Below are positions 51,676 through 64,000 of a stretch of DNA of 64,000 nucleotides, piece after piece. The position numbers were made by a program, and so were the translations under genes. How positions within the stretch are numbered: position 1 is the stretch's first letter; each line of letters opens with the position of its first letter. The notes below the pieces were generated by a model, which saw nothing but the letters and a program-made list of their open reading frames with translations, searched no databases and was not told the DNA's origin. The stretch is from Camelus ferus (lineage: Eukaryota), in contig NC_045707.1 of assembly GCF_009834535.1 (NCBI RefSeq), forward strand, positions 51,586,001 to 51,650,000. Reading direction: 5' to 3'.

Positions 51676-52099
51676 TATCTGAGTTCTTTCAAATTGCATC
51701 CTGGAGAGTGAGCATGTTGATTGTACACATTTATTTCTCTTCTACTTCTGGGATTTTAGTTTTAGGTTATTTAAATATTTTTAGGGAAAAAAGAACATTC
51801 ATTTTATATAGAGAGAATTACCATCTTAAAAGTTTAGAAAAATGACTCAACCACACTTCAAAATATTTTTTTAAATAAACATCAATAGGCTTCATTTAGA
51901 AAATTATGAATATATTGTTATTGATACTGTTTTTTAAGAAAAATGAGATTAATTTTTAAGCTCAATGTAAATGTAAGTTGATTTTGTCCATTTTTTTGGC
52001 TATTAATTTATATTTTATTAAAATAATTTTTATATCTAAAATTTTAGTTCATTAGTATGCTTTAAGTTAGTATGCTTTAAGTCATTATATTGTAGGGTT

Positions 52100-53560
52100 T
52101 CTGAGAACTCTAATGCAAGATAATTCAGAGTATTTTAAACACCAGTTAAAATATAATCCAAATGACACAGTCACAATGATACACACAATGACAGCAAAAG
52201 TGTAGAAAACCTAGGTGTAGACTTTAAAGAAATGTTCGTGCTATATGTGAAGAAAACTATAACATTCTCTACAAGCACACACAAGTGAAGTTTTGTATGT
52301 TTTGAAATGAAGTTTTGAAAATATAGGCATGCATTGTCTTAGAGAGGCTGACACAATAAAGATGTCAGATTTTTCTAAATATTTTTCCAGATTCAGTGCA
52401 ATTCCAGTTATGTTAGAATATGGGATTATGTAAAACTTGATTAAGTGGTTCAAAAGATCATCTGCAAGAATATAAAGGCAAGAGATTATTAGAAACATCA
52501 AAAGAACAAACTAGGGCTGGGTCATGCCCTTTCAGAATTAAATTATTAAGGAAATACAATAAAAATAAGTAGATAATCTGGTTCAAAAATAGGCACATTA
52601 ACCTATGGACCACAGCAAAGAATCCAAAAAAAAAAGAAAAAAAATTTTGTGTATGATAAAGTTTGAGAAAAGGCCGTCAAACATAACTAAGTGATCCATA
52701 AAGGAAAAAATTTGTTCATTTTTAAGAATTCATTTAACATTTTAGTTTTAAATATCTACTACATGCCAGAACCTGCTCCAGTTGCTAGAGATAGAAAACT
52801 AAAGAAAAGAGACAAAGTCCACAGTAGATAATAAATCAATAAATGGTATGTCAGATGGTGAAAATGCCAGGAAAAAAGAGAAAGGGAGACAGAGTGTGAC
52901 TGTGGAATAGAGCTGTGCTATTATGTAGGAGGTGACCAGGGAAGTTGTCCTTCCAAGTGACATTTGTGCAAACTGATGTGGTACTTTTATATAAAAGATT
53001 AGGAAAGATGAAAAAAAAAGGGACATCATTAGCGTAAGGATATAGGGAATGTGGTAGTTTTATGTGCTACTGATGAATGTGTGGATTGATACAGCTTTTC
53101 AGCTATGTGTTTTGGCAATATGAATAAAATTCTTTTCATTAAGAAGATAATCAAACCAGTGACAGAGATTCATATTGAAGCACTTTTTACATTGACATAA
53201 AAAGGAAATAACCTCAAATTTATTAAATGGTAGTGGTAAAATAAAATTATGGTTTATCCAAACAAGGAGAGATTATGTACCCATGGAAAGATAGATAAAA
53301 TGCTTTGTTCAATGAAAAATGTCATAAAATTGGAAGTACAGTGTAACTCCATGAATATAAAATTATGTTATCAATTCATATTTCTCTCTCACACACACAC
53401 ATGCTCACAAAAACACATACACATTTGAAAGGTCGTTCATCAAAATATTAACATAGGTTAAGACGGATGGCATTTTGAATAATTTTTACCTTATTTACCT
53501 TTTTTATTGTTAGAGTAAGCATGTATTGTTTTTATCATGGCTTATAATATAAAGTTATTT
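52100..53560 (+). mobile_element. Scattered ancient L1 fragments with an L2 piece (about 52730-52975) inserted
   Basis: 'agattcagtgcaattccag' and an L1ME-like 3' UTR at about 53050-53550. The L2 antisense piece starts 'ttcatttaacatt...atctactacatgccaga'. Confidence 0.55.
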
Positions 53561-54329
53561 TTCTGTTTTAAAACATTCTGTATAAATGTCAATTTTGTAA
53601 TAGTTACAAAGAGGTTACCATACTATTAATACAGGTTAACTGATGTAACTTAAAACATATTTTTCAAATACTTAAGTGAAGTAGTGATGTGAACTGAGAG
53701 TAATGCTGTGTTTTGTGAATGGAACAAAAATAGTCACTGTAAGACACAGATTGTTGTTTCCTCTCCAGGTTACGTTATGTCAGATAGAAAGACCTTTAAA
53801 GGCAAAGGCGCTGCAGACATCTGATTCACTAATCATATAGCCTGTATAAAGAAGGGCAATAATGTGAATAAATCCTAAATCAGGGAAGGTCTTACGTTGA
53901 CATACTAAAGGAAGGGATTCCTTTTCTTCTCAATGCCTTCCCTCTGCCCTGGTGCCATCTTTCCACTTGAATAGGCAGACATTGGGTGAATAAACAGTCA
54001 TCTCTCTGAGGAAGTCTTCACTGAGTTGCTCTTGAAACACACAGGGATATTAAAGGTTTCTATCACTGAAACCAGGAAGGAAAAAGGAGGATGAAGATTC
54101 ATAACAGTTGACATCTAGTGCATTTAAGTGCAGTTTGTACCTTCTATCAAAAAAATCTGTAACAGTTTAGCCTGAAATGCTGTTAAGCAATAGTAGTTTG
54201 TTTCTTGACAGCAACTAGTTTATTCTTACAGGGGATTATGTTCTATTTTAACTGTTATCAAATTAAAAGATGTGATTCTATTTTTTTATGATCACTATAA
54301 CAGTAAATATTCTGATCATTTGAAACACA

Positions 54330-55210
54330 AGGAATTATAACCCCCTACCCCAGATCTGTTTCTCTCTCCTTTATTCCTTTCCATATAGATATTTCCACAA
54401 TCTAAAAGGTCTGTCAAGCCAGAAACTCAGGTGTCATCTTTAATTCTTTCCTTTGTCTTAACCCAATGCAATATCTGGCACAGAAACTTACTGATTTCCT
54501 TTAATGTTTTTAAAAATGTATCCTCTTTTTTCCATCCTCACTGTCACTGGTTTAGCTCAGGCTTTTATGATTTCTGACTTGGATTGCTACACGATCTCAA
54601 ATCTCTGCTTTACTTTCCTCTTCCTTGTTTTCTGCAATCCATCCAATCCTTTGCTGTCAATAGTCTTATGTAAGCATAAAGTCAATCATTTCACTTTGTT
54701 GCTTAAAAGCATTGAATGGCATCCTCAAAATCTAAAAAGTTACAGATGACCCATCCACTGCACACCCTCCCACTCTCTTCCACCTCAAAACCTGATATCA
54801 TCACACTCCAGCTGCACTAAAATATATGTAATTTCTTTTGTGTGTTTATGCCTCTGTACCTTTTACCTAAGATGTTCGCTGTCAAACACATCCTTACTTT
54901 TTTCAAACCTCTCACCAACACTGCTACTGTTTTATTTGTTTTAAATGACGTTAATGTTTTACTAGCCCTTTAAAATTCAACTCACATATGACTGCCTCTG
55001 AGAAACTTCTGTGTAATCTAGTTTGAGGTAAATGATCTCACAGCACCTATACTTACTATATCACAATCCATAACACATTGCATTGCAATTGTGTGTTCAT
55101 TTGTCTGTTTCCTCAATTTACAGCTCTTGGTGAAGGACACTTCTTTTTCTAGTTTTTGTATTTCCAAAATCTGGCACAATGACTCTGGTCAGTAAATATA
55201 TTTCAAATAT
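54330..55210 (+). mobile_element. L2 LINE 3' region
   Basis: 'caagccagaaactcaggtgtcatc' and 'ttctgacttggattgctac', ending 'tggcacaatg...cagtaaatatattt'. Confidence 0.8.
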
Positions 55211-57293
55211 AGAATCTAAAGATTCTTATTTTTTAATGTATCAAACCCCACCAAATGGCCATCAGAAGAGTTATAGTCTCAATTCAAAAACGTTTTGTGT
55301 AAGAATTCATAGCATACTTTATGTTGTGTTTCTCATAAAACATAAGATCATTTTTCTAAAATTATACATTAAGAACTACTTTTCAGATGAAGTTTAACTG
55401 TAGTATTATACATGTGATTTTTACACTGCAACCCCTATAAAATTTTATGAAAGCAAACAATATTGATTCATCAGATATATATTTACTGTGTACTGTGTCA
55501 GGTACTGGACTAGAGTAAACTAGAGTTTAGAAAGAAAAAGAAAAATAACACATACATTCCCTATGCTTACGGGACCATTAGTTTTAATGTTCTGTATAGG
55601 GTGAAAAATGGTGCAGTGAACCTATGGATAAAGTCTATCCTCTGAATAGAAATGTAAAAGATTAAAAAAAAAAAAAAAAGAAACAAAATGATTGATTAGA
55701 AAAAATAAAACCACTTATTGTGATGACCAGCTTGCTTTCATGTATATTTAAACCTCTTAAGAAAGTTGGGTAAGAGTCAATCTTTTATGTTATTTCATAA
55801 CATAAAACTATTTATGATTGTCACTTAGAGATTTATACCAGCAAGACCATTATAATATAAAAAGCAGTAAGATTTCGCACGAGCCTTGATGGGAATCTTA
55901 TTTTGGCAGGCGGATAGAAAGGGGAATAACTGTCTTAGCAAAGGCACAAAGGTGGCAGAGTGAGACAGTGAATAAATCTGGCTTGAGCAGGGATTTGGAG
56001 TAGGAGTAGAGCAGGCTTAGCTCTGGAAAGGCAAGGCAGTTAGAGTAAACAGACCCTTGAGTTGTAGCTTAAGGAGCTTGGAATTTTTCCTGTAGATAGA
56101 TCAGTTGTCTTATTATTTTTGTTCTGCAAATGACACTCTTGAAATAGTGTTCTAGAAAGATTAATCTGTCTGGGATGACATGATGCATTGAAAAGAAAAA
56201 AAGAAACTCCTGTTATGAAAGAGGAATTCATAAAAGGTGTGGCCATGGAAACTGAAAGTATAATAGATGGAAATTTAAAATTAACCGTTATACCGAGTAG
56301 AGTATATGCTGTGCTTCACATCTGTTTGCCCTGTCTCTCTTTTATGGTTACCTAATGTTACAATCAACAAATTCAGACAAGCTAGTTGTTTCAATCACTT
56401 GGGGTTCTTAGGGAAGGCACCTAGTTGATTTACAGAAAATGTTCACTTTTCAGAGAATTGGTTTGTAATTTGGAAGACTCAGTTTATATCCATGTCTTTT
56501 CTTTGTCATCTTCTGAAAAGTAATCAGAAAAATAAAAGTGACCTGGGCAAAGAAAAATAACTGACTCCAGGAAAACACAAAATAGAGAAGGATCTACTTT
56601 TGGATTAATCCATTCTACTTTAGTATGATCAATTACACACTGAAGGATTTTTTTTAAGTATGTTAGCTTCAGCACTTTATCACTCAATGCACTAGACAGA
56701 ATTAATGTGGAATTGAAGCTGTAATCAAGGCCAATGAATGCAAGTACGAAAGTCTATAGTATTCAAAATAAATGAAATAACAAAGAAATGAGTCTTTTGG
56801 AAATTGCAGAGAGAGGGGAAAGGGGATTGTAGAAGGCAAGGTGTCATTTTCAATTCAGACTATATTCATGTAAGGAGATTGATCTGTCGAGTTATACAAA
56901 AGATGGCTTCTCAGACAGGTATACAGGTATGTCATCCAGGTGTGAGAAGTATATCCTGCAGTGTTATTAGGAACGGTTTACTGGAAGGACATACCTCCTA
57001 CTATCAGACGTAATGATCGATCTGTCTTATTGTAATAGTATAGTTTTAATTTAGTCCCTGGGGCAAATTCCAGTTAGGCATGTAAGACCCTGTTGCCATG
57101 TTAGTTTGTGGTTCTATGTAGTGGGTAAGAGTATCTCCTTCATATATATGGCTTCTGGAACAGAAGACATAATTTCTACTTCTTATTTCATTGTGAAATC
57201 TCATGGTCATGCCTTTTCTCATGGTTTTTTCACTGATTATCTAGTCCTCTGGCTTTCCCATAATCATCCCCATCAGAAATTCAGCATCTTGGT

Positions 57294-57700
57294 CATTCTA
57301 AGTGACGTAAGCTAGAAAGAGCAAAAAAATACCATATGATATCACTTATATGTGGAATCTAAAAAGAAAATTCACAAATGAACTTATTTATAAAACAGAA
57401 ACAGACTCACAGACATAGAAAACAATCCTCTGATTACCAGAGGGGGAAACGGGTGGGAAGGGATAAATTGGGAGTTTGAGATTTGCAGACACTAGCTAAT
57501 ATATATAAAATAGATAAACAAGTTCACACTGTATAGCACAAGGAACTATATTCAACATCTTGCAGTAACTTATGGTGAAAAAGAATATGAAAATGAATAT
57601 ATGTATGTTCATGTATGACTGGAATATTATGCTGTACACCAGAAATTGACACAACATTGTAAACTGACTGTACTTCAATAAAAATGTATGTTAAAAAAAA
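57294..57700 (+). mobile_element. Young camelid-type LINE-1 3' end
   Basis: 'ataccatatgatatcacttatatgtggaatctaa' followed by a 3' UTR closely resembling the reverse complement of 50940-51330. AATAAA and an A tail at about 57678-57700. Confidence 0.95.
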
Positions 57701-59172
57701 GAGAAAGCATTGGACAAAATTAAGTACTGTTTATAATAAAAAAAAAAGTCTCTCAGTAAACAAAGAATAGAGGAGAACTTTCTCAACTTGACAAAGACAA
57801 CCTATAAAAAGCCCAGATGGCCTTGGGTGTGGTATTGACTGTTTAGATATATAACATCAGGGATCTTACATGCCTCATTAAAGGAATAATTGGCATGTTA
57901 GGTTTCAATAAAATAAAAAAATTCTGCTCTGGGGAAGAAAACATCAAGAGAAGAAGACAAGCCATAGACTGAAAGAAAATATTTGCAAAAGGCATATCTG
58001 ATAGATGACTGTTACCCAAAATACATGAAGAACTCTTAAAACTCAATGATAAAAATACAAACACTTAAAAAATAGGTTGAAACCTTCACAGACACCTCAT
58101 CAAATAAGATATACAGAAGACAAGCATATGAAAAGATGCTCTACAAAATATTTCAGTTTTGCATTTGTGAAATGCAAATCAAAACAATAATGAGATACTA
58201 CTACACAGCTATTTGAATGGCCAAAATATGGAACACTAACATACAAAATGCTGGCAAGGAATGTAGAGCAACAGAAATCTCATTCATTGCTAGTGGGAAT
58301 GCAAAATGGTGCCATCACTTTGAAAGACAGTTTGGTGTGTCTTTACAAAACTAAACATACTCTTTCTATATAATCTAGCAATAGCATTCCTTGGTACTTA
58401 TCCAAAGGAGTTGAAAGCTTACGTCACACGAAAAACTGCATGCAAATTTTAATTTATATTTATATATAAATAAAACAAAATATAAATATAAAATAAATAT
58501 AAATAAATTTAAAATAAAATAAAATACAAATAAAAATTTAAAACCTTTATTCAGAATTGCCAAAATTTGGAAGCAACCAAAATTTCCTTTAACAGGTGAA
58601 TAAATAAACTATGCTACCTCCTGACAATGGAATATTTGTAGTGCTAAAAGAAATGAGCTATTAAATAACAAAAAGACATGGAGGAATTTTAAATTCATAT
58701 TACTAAGTGAAAGACGCCAATCTGATGATTCCAGCTATATGACACTCTGGAACAGTCAAAATTACAGAGAAAGTAAATGGATCAGTGCTTGTCAGGAGTG
58801 ACAGCATGGAGAGTGAGGGTAGGAATGAATAGGTAGAACACAGAAGGATTTTTAGGGCAATGGAGATACTCTGTATGGTACTGTGATATTGGATATATGT
58901 CATTATACATTTGTCCAAACCCTTAGAAGGTACAACACCAAGAGTGAACTCTAATGTAAATTATGGACTTTGAATGGTTATAATGTGTCAGTAAAGGTTT
59001 ATCAGCTGTAACGAAGGTACCACTCTGGTGCAAGATGTTTATAATAGGGGAGGCTTTGCACGTGTTGAGGTGGGGGTACATGGGAAATCTTTGTAAATTC
59101 CTCTCAATTTTTCTGTTCTCAGTTTTGCCTAAGACTGTTCTAAAAGTTATCTTAAAGAAAAAAAAAAAAAAG
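57701..59172 (+). mobile_element. Older L1 (L1MC1/2-like): ORF2 pieces and 3' UTR
   Basis: Starts in the RT region ('gaaagcattggacaaaatt'), jumps internally near 57817 and ends 'gtaccactctggtg...gggaaatctttgta' plus poly(A). An AT-rich low-complexity tract lies at 58445-58545. Confidence 0.9.
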
Positions 59173-60242
59173 AAGGCAGATATGTTCAACTGTTTTGAAT
59201 GCTTTTGAGAAATTGGATAAAATGAAAAGAGGGTAGTGACTATTGAAACTGGAAAGCTCTAAGTCATTTTTAACTTTATTAAGAGTAGTTCTAATGACTG
59301 GGAAATAATTTCAAACAGCATGGTTCAGTTGAAGGGAAAAATCTTATGGAATTGTCCATTGTCTGTAAATAACACTTTTGAAAACCTTTACTGTGATGAT
59401 GAGGATAGAAATGATGCAGTAAGTTGAAGGATGGCATGGTTATTTTCAGTAAGTGCATGGTATGTGAGTAAATGAATAAAAGAAGGTATAAACATAATGT
59501 AAATATTTCTGAAATTCTTTGAAATTGCTGTTTGCATACAAATTCCAAGTAAAACAGCAGTTTATTCATAATGTTGCATCTTTATATCACTGAAAAATAG
59601 ATTTATGGCTTTTTTGGCTGTTGTTAGTTTTTCATAAATAATGAGATTTTCTTGATTGAAGTTCTATCAGCCTTCAGAAACCTGTCTTGGCAGCAAGCCA
59701 CTTCTTTCTTCTCACTTATATTATCTCTTCCTTTCAAAGAAACAGATTCCACACAGATGGGCTTCAATAACAAAAGCTCTAATTACTTGACTTTTACAAA
59801 TCCAGACCAAATGTCTAGCATTCTATTTCACTACCTGAATGCAGGAAATTTAGTTCAGAGGAACCACCACCATCCTTAAGAATCCCCATGTAAGAAGGAA
59901 AACATAATCTAAAAATAGTGTATATGCTTTTATATCTTTTTTATTGACAAAGGAGATGCCTATTTTAAATGACCAATACTTAAAAATTCCTGCATTATTT
60001 AGCTCATAGAAGAGGTCACATAAAAATGTGCTTTTTAAAAAGTACTATCCACTCCTAGTAGCACATTCTCTAACTCACCTTCCTTTCAGAGCTCAGGAAA
60101 AGACATTACTAACTATCTCAAGACCAGATATCAATTTTTGCTTAATGTCAAATTATTCCATTTTGTCTGATGCCATAGACCCTGAGCAAGAAGCCCTGTA
60201 GGTGAGAGTGTTGTGAGGATGCACGCTGGGGGCTGTTAGCAC

Positions 60243-60439
60243 AAGGGCCTCCCTAATAAGCTTCAGAGTTTGTGCACTTCACAGGGATGGCAGTCCCGGG
60301 GTGTGAAAGGCTGAAACCATTTACAGTTTGCTCTTCAAAGGGCTGTATTAACTAAAGAAAGGGCCATCTTTTCCTGATTTGTTCACACATTCTATTTATA
60401 ACTCATACAAGGACGCTGTGTAGACTGGTGGTAGCCCTG
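60243..60439. mobile_element. MER91-like hAT fossil
   Basis: Ends 'agggcc...' and '...gctgtgtagactggtggtagccctg'. Confidence 0.55.
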
Positions 60440-60559
60440 ATACCCACTTTTCAGGAAAAAGTCAGGACAACACGAATACATAGCACTTGTGTGCAGAGTT
60501 GTCTGTTTTTTTCCACAGCCTGCTTCTCTTGTTGTTTTACTCTTTATTAAACAATTCAA

Positions 60560-61065
60560 GGATTTATTAGCATTCTACCATGGGCCCTTTCCTAGGAAGC
60601 TTGTATAATTATTTTAAAACTTTTTTAAACAACCCTTAAATGTAGGTATAGTTACTTCCAATTTAAAGAAGAGGAAATTGAGATTCAGAGAGTTTAATTA
60701 ACTTGCCAAACACCTAATAAATAGTAGAAACATCTTTTAAGTCCATAACTCTGAAGCCAAAACTCATTTTCTTCTCCATATGCATTTTAATATTTATGTG
60801 ATCAGGTTTCTTACCATAGAAATGCCTCTCATTGGTGAACTGCTTGCAATATTCCTTTTAAAATATATAAACCATGCCACTGAAGCCTCACAATAACAGT
60901 GTAAAGCAGAATGGGCAGATAATAATACCTTAATTCCACAGATAAGAACACTGAAGCCGAGAAAGACTGAATGACTTGCCCTTGGCCACAGCCTCTAATT
61001 TGTAAAACTAAAGTAGGACCACATCTTCAGATTCCCTTTCCCTTGCTCTGTCCATCTGGACTACA
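60560..61065 (-). mobile_element. Two adjacent MIR fragments
   Basis: 'gaggaaattgagattcagagagtttaattaacttgcc' and 'acagataagaacactgaagccgagaaagactgaatgacttgcccttggccaca'. Confidence 0.8.
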
Positions 61066-61119
61066 CATACCCTGCTGAATACACCTTGTTTTTATATCAG
61101 AATCAAAAAGCCTTTGATA

Positions 61120-61830
61120 TTTCCATTTCTAGTTAAGATGGTGTAACTGGAACCAGATTTAACTGCCTGCTTGAAACAGTTAAAACCTGGACCAAACAGA
61201 TATTAAAATGATTTTCAAGATACCAGGCTACAAAGGACAGTGAACCCTGAGAGAAGGGAAACAGATAATATGAGCCTTTCAATTTCCCCAGCGTACTGTC
61301 TTGAGAGAAATTTCACACTGTTGCCCAAGGAGAGACATAGTTAGGCAGTCCCTCTGGACTGAGGAGACGGAACAGGGTGTCTAGAAGGTCAAGATGTTTA
61401 GAGTTTTCAGGACACACTGGGGATCTTCAGAGGGTTCTCTTGAGTCTCCAACAGGGTATATTGATCAATGCATGCATATGAGGAACCTACACCAGGCTGG
61501 GAAAGGACCAACAAAAAATGATTAGAAGAAATAATTTCTAAAGCTTACACATGATTGGAAGTAATTCCTTTTACTTCCAGCAAGGATGGAAAATCTTGCA
61601 ATGCATAGACTATTGGATAGAGTTCTGAGAAGGGTTTTGTCTAAGTAGGAATGTGAGAGATGGAGGAGTAATTAACCCTCGACTAGATTTGGCCTGGCCT
61701 CACCTAAGATAGCTTAATATCAGGAACTGAAAGGAGAAACCTGCTTACTATTAATTTAATCACTATCTAGTCTAGGACACAATAATATTTATAAAAATAC
61801 AAATATATCTAGCACACAAGATACAAAATT
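61120..61830 (+). mobile_element. Old L1 5' UTR-like fragment
   Basis: 'ttccatttctagttaagatggtgtaactggaaccagattta' and 'caaaggacagtgaaccctgagagaaggga' resemble old L1M 5' ends. Confidence 0.55.
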
Positions 61831-61834
61831 CTGT

Positions 61835-62830
61835 AATTTATTTTGAGTTAACTTTTATACATGGGTTAGGTATGGATGGAAGTGCAATTTTTTACATGTG
61901 GATATCACAATGCCCCAGTAACGTTTGTTGAAAAAACTATCTTTTCTCCACTGAGTTGTCCTTTTACCTTTCTTGAAAATAAGTTGTACATGTATGTGTG
62001 AGTCTATTTCCAAACTCTCTATTCTGTTTCTTTTATCTATTTGTCTATCTTTGTGCTAGTGACACGCTATCTTGATTGTTGTAGCTTTATAATAAGTCTT
62101 GGAATTGGAGAGTGTTTATTCTCTAAATTATTGCTCTTTTTCAAAGTTATTTTGGTGATTCTAGGTCCTTTGAATATCTGCATGAGTTTAAGATTTAGTT
62201 TGTCATTTTTTACACACATATACACACATACACAAAGTCTACTGGGTTTTGATAAGGATTACATTTAACGTATAGATCAATTTCAGGAGAATTGTCACTT
62301 TAAAGATACTGTCTTCTCACCATGAATATGGTGAATCTCCAGTTTATCTAATTCATAAATTTCTCTTAGCCATATTTTTATAGTTTTCACTTACAGGTAT
62401 GACAGATCTTTGGCCTGATTTATCCCTAAATATTTCATATTTTGATACTACCATATATCATATTATATGTTAATTTCAATTTCCAATTATTCATTACTAA
62501 AATATAAAACTAAAACAAAGCAATTTTTAACATTAATCTTGTATCATTAAAAGTTGCTAAACCCAGTAGTTTTAATGGCTGTTCATTGCTTACATGAGAT
62601 TTCTGCAAGGCAAATCATTTCATTTGTAAGGGCAATTTCACTTCTTTCTGTCCAAACTGGATACTTTTTATTTCTCTTTCTTACATGTCTGCACTGGGTA
62701 TAACATCCAGTAATATGTTAGATAGAAGTTTTGAGAACAGACATCCTTGTCTTGTTGCTGATCTTAGGGTAAACCAATCTTTCATCATTAAATATAATAT
62801 TAGTAGTAGTTTTTTCATGAATACTCTTTC
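61835..62830 (-). mobile_element. Old L1 ORF2 (RT-region) fragment
   Basis: Antisense ORF2 'gagaacagacatccttgtcttgttgctgatcttaggg' and 'tcttgattgttgtagctttataataagtcttg'. Confidence 0.9.
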
Positions 62831-62996
62831 TGCTTTAACTAGATAGAGCAATTTCTGTTACCTATAGTGGAATTCTGACTGATACAGATATTATTTAAAG
62901 AAAACAGGTACATTGTATGTGAAATTAAAAGTATTTCTCATCACATCAGTGTATAGGTAAATCCATCCTCTCTCCCACTCTGTTATGTAAGATCTT

Positions 62997-63379
62997 TGTA
63001 TTAGTATGCTAGGGTTGCCAAAACAAGATACTGTAAGACTGGACTGGATAACTTAAACAACAGAAATTTATTTCTCACATTTCTGGAGGCTTGAAGTCCA
63101 AGATCAAGGTGTTGACAAGTTTAGTTTATCTTGATGCATTTTCCTTGGCTTGAAGGTGGCTGTCTTCTTACCTTGTCCTCATGACATTTTCTGTGTGTGT
63201 GCACGTCTCTGCTGTCTCTTCTTCACCTTACAAGAACATCATTAATATTGGACTAGGGTCCCACCCTTATGACCTCATTCAGCATTTACTTCTTTAAAGG
63301 CACTATCTCCAAATATAGTCACATTGGAGCTCAGGGTCATAAATCTGGGGAAAGAGGGGATATAATTAAATCCATAATA
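62997..63379 (-). mobile_element. MaLR (MLT1A-like) solo LTR
   Basis: 'tgtattagt..gctagggttgcc...cttaaacaacagaaatttatttctcacatttctggaggcttgaagtccaagatcaaggtg'. Confidence 0.9.
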
Positions 63380-63639
63380 ATCATGCTAGTAATTTCTAGT
63401 TACGTGTCTTAGTGGAGTTATTTTTATTGAAATTTAGCTAGCTCACATAGTCCAACAATTTTAAAAATATTTATATAAGATAGTTTTATAGCGCTTTAAC
63501 TTTGTATATTGCTGTATCATCTATCTTTATCTTGGCAAATAACTTGAAGGGAATAACTCCAAGTTTTGTACCTTAGAAGTGATAAAGTTGTCAATGGTAT
63601 AGGCTTTGCAGTTAACATATCAGAATTTTATTCTTGGTG

Positions 63640-63860
63640 CCACCATATAAAGGCACAAGCTCTGGTATCAGAAAGAATGGGGTTTGAATCTTGGCTCTAC
63701 TATTTAGAAGCTCTAGTTCTCATTCAAGTTGCTTTAACTTGCTCAGCCTTATTATCTTAATATATAAAACAGGAAGAGAGCTTGTGAATATTAAATACAT
63801 GTAGATGTAACCAATTTATGAAGTGTGCCTGCAACATAGTTAATGCCAAACACACACTGT
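63640..63860 (+). mobile_element. MIR SINE
   Basis: 'gctctggtatcaga...gggtttgaatcttggctctact...gtgcctgcaacatagt'. Confidence 0.85.
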
Positions 63861-64000
63861 TGTTTTTATTTCAATTTCTTCTCTTCTTCTTTTCCTGAAT
63901 TATAGGGGACAACATTATCCACCTATGCTAGATCAGCATCAGCATTGTTGATTCTCACTAAGGCTTGGAATTGCTTTCCTGAGAATCTCTTTGGGCTGTG

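Noticed and set aside
58445..58545. AT-only stretch as an origin or regulatory element
   Set aside because: A low-complexity expansion inside an old L1.
1..64000. CRISPR arrays, operons, NUMTs, non-retroviral endogenous viral elements
   Set aside because: No regularly spaced repeats, no gene-dense coding blocks and no mitochondrial or viral-like translations were recognised. Short degraded relics could be missed by eye.

Overview
AT-rich, CpG-poor mammalian genomic DNA, very probably camelid (camel, llama or alpaca). The evidence is a vic-1-type tRNA-derived SINE at about 48.55 kb and three recent LINE-1 3' ends of the camelid type. I recognise no host protein-coding gene. The only ORFs with recognisable protein sequence are broken LINE-1 ORF2 fragments; the rest of the ORF track looks like chance short ORFs. 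The window appears intronic or intergenic and is dominated by layered repeats: old and young L1, a probable HAL1, L2, MIR, MaLR/ERVL/ERV1 solo LTRs, hAT and Tigger DNA-transposon fossils, and microsatellites. The most unusual object is a composite L1-mediated insertion at 33487-34199. It combines a 5' inversion, a nested L1 3' end, a probable 3' transduction and an apparent AT->GC shift, and it splits a MER96-like fossil. I found no convincing novel biological system. Repeat family names come from remembered consensus sequences, not a database search, and boundaries of old repeats are approximate.
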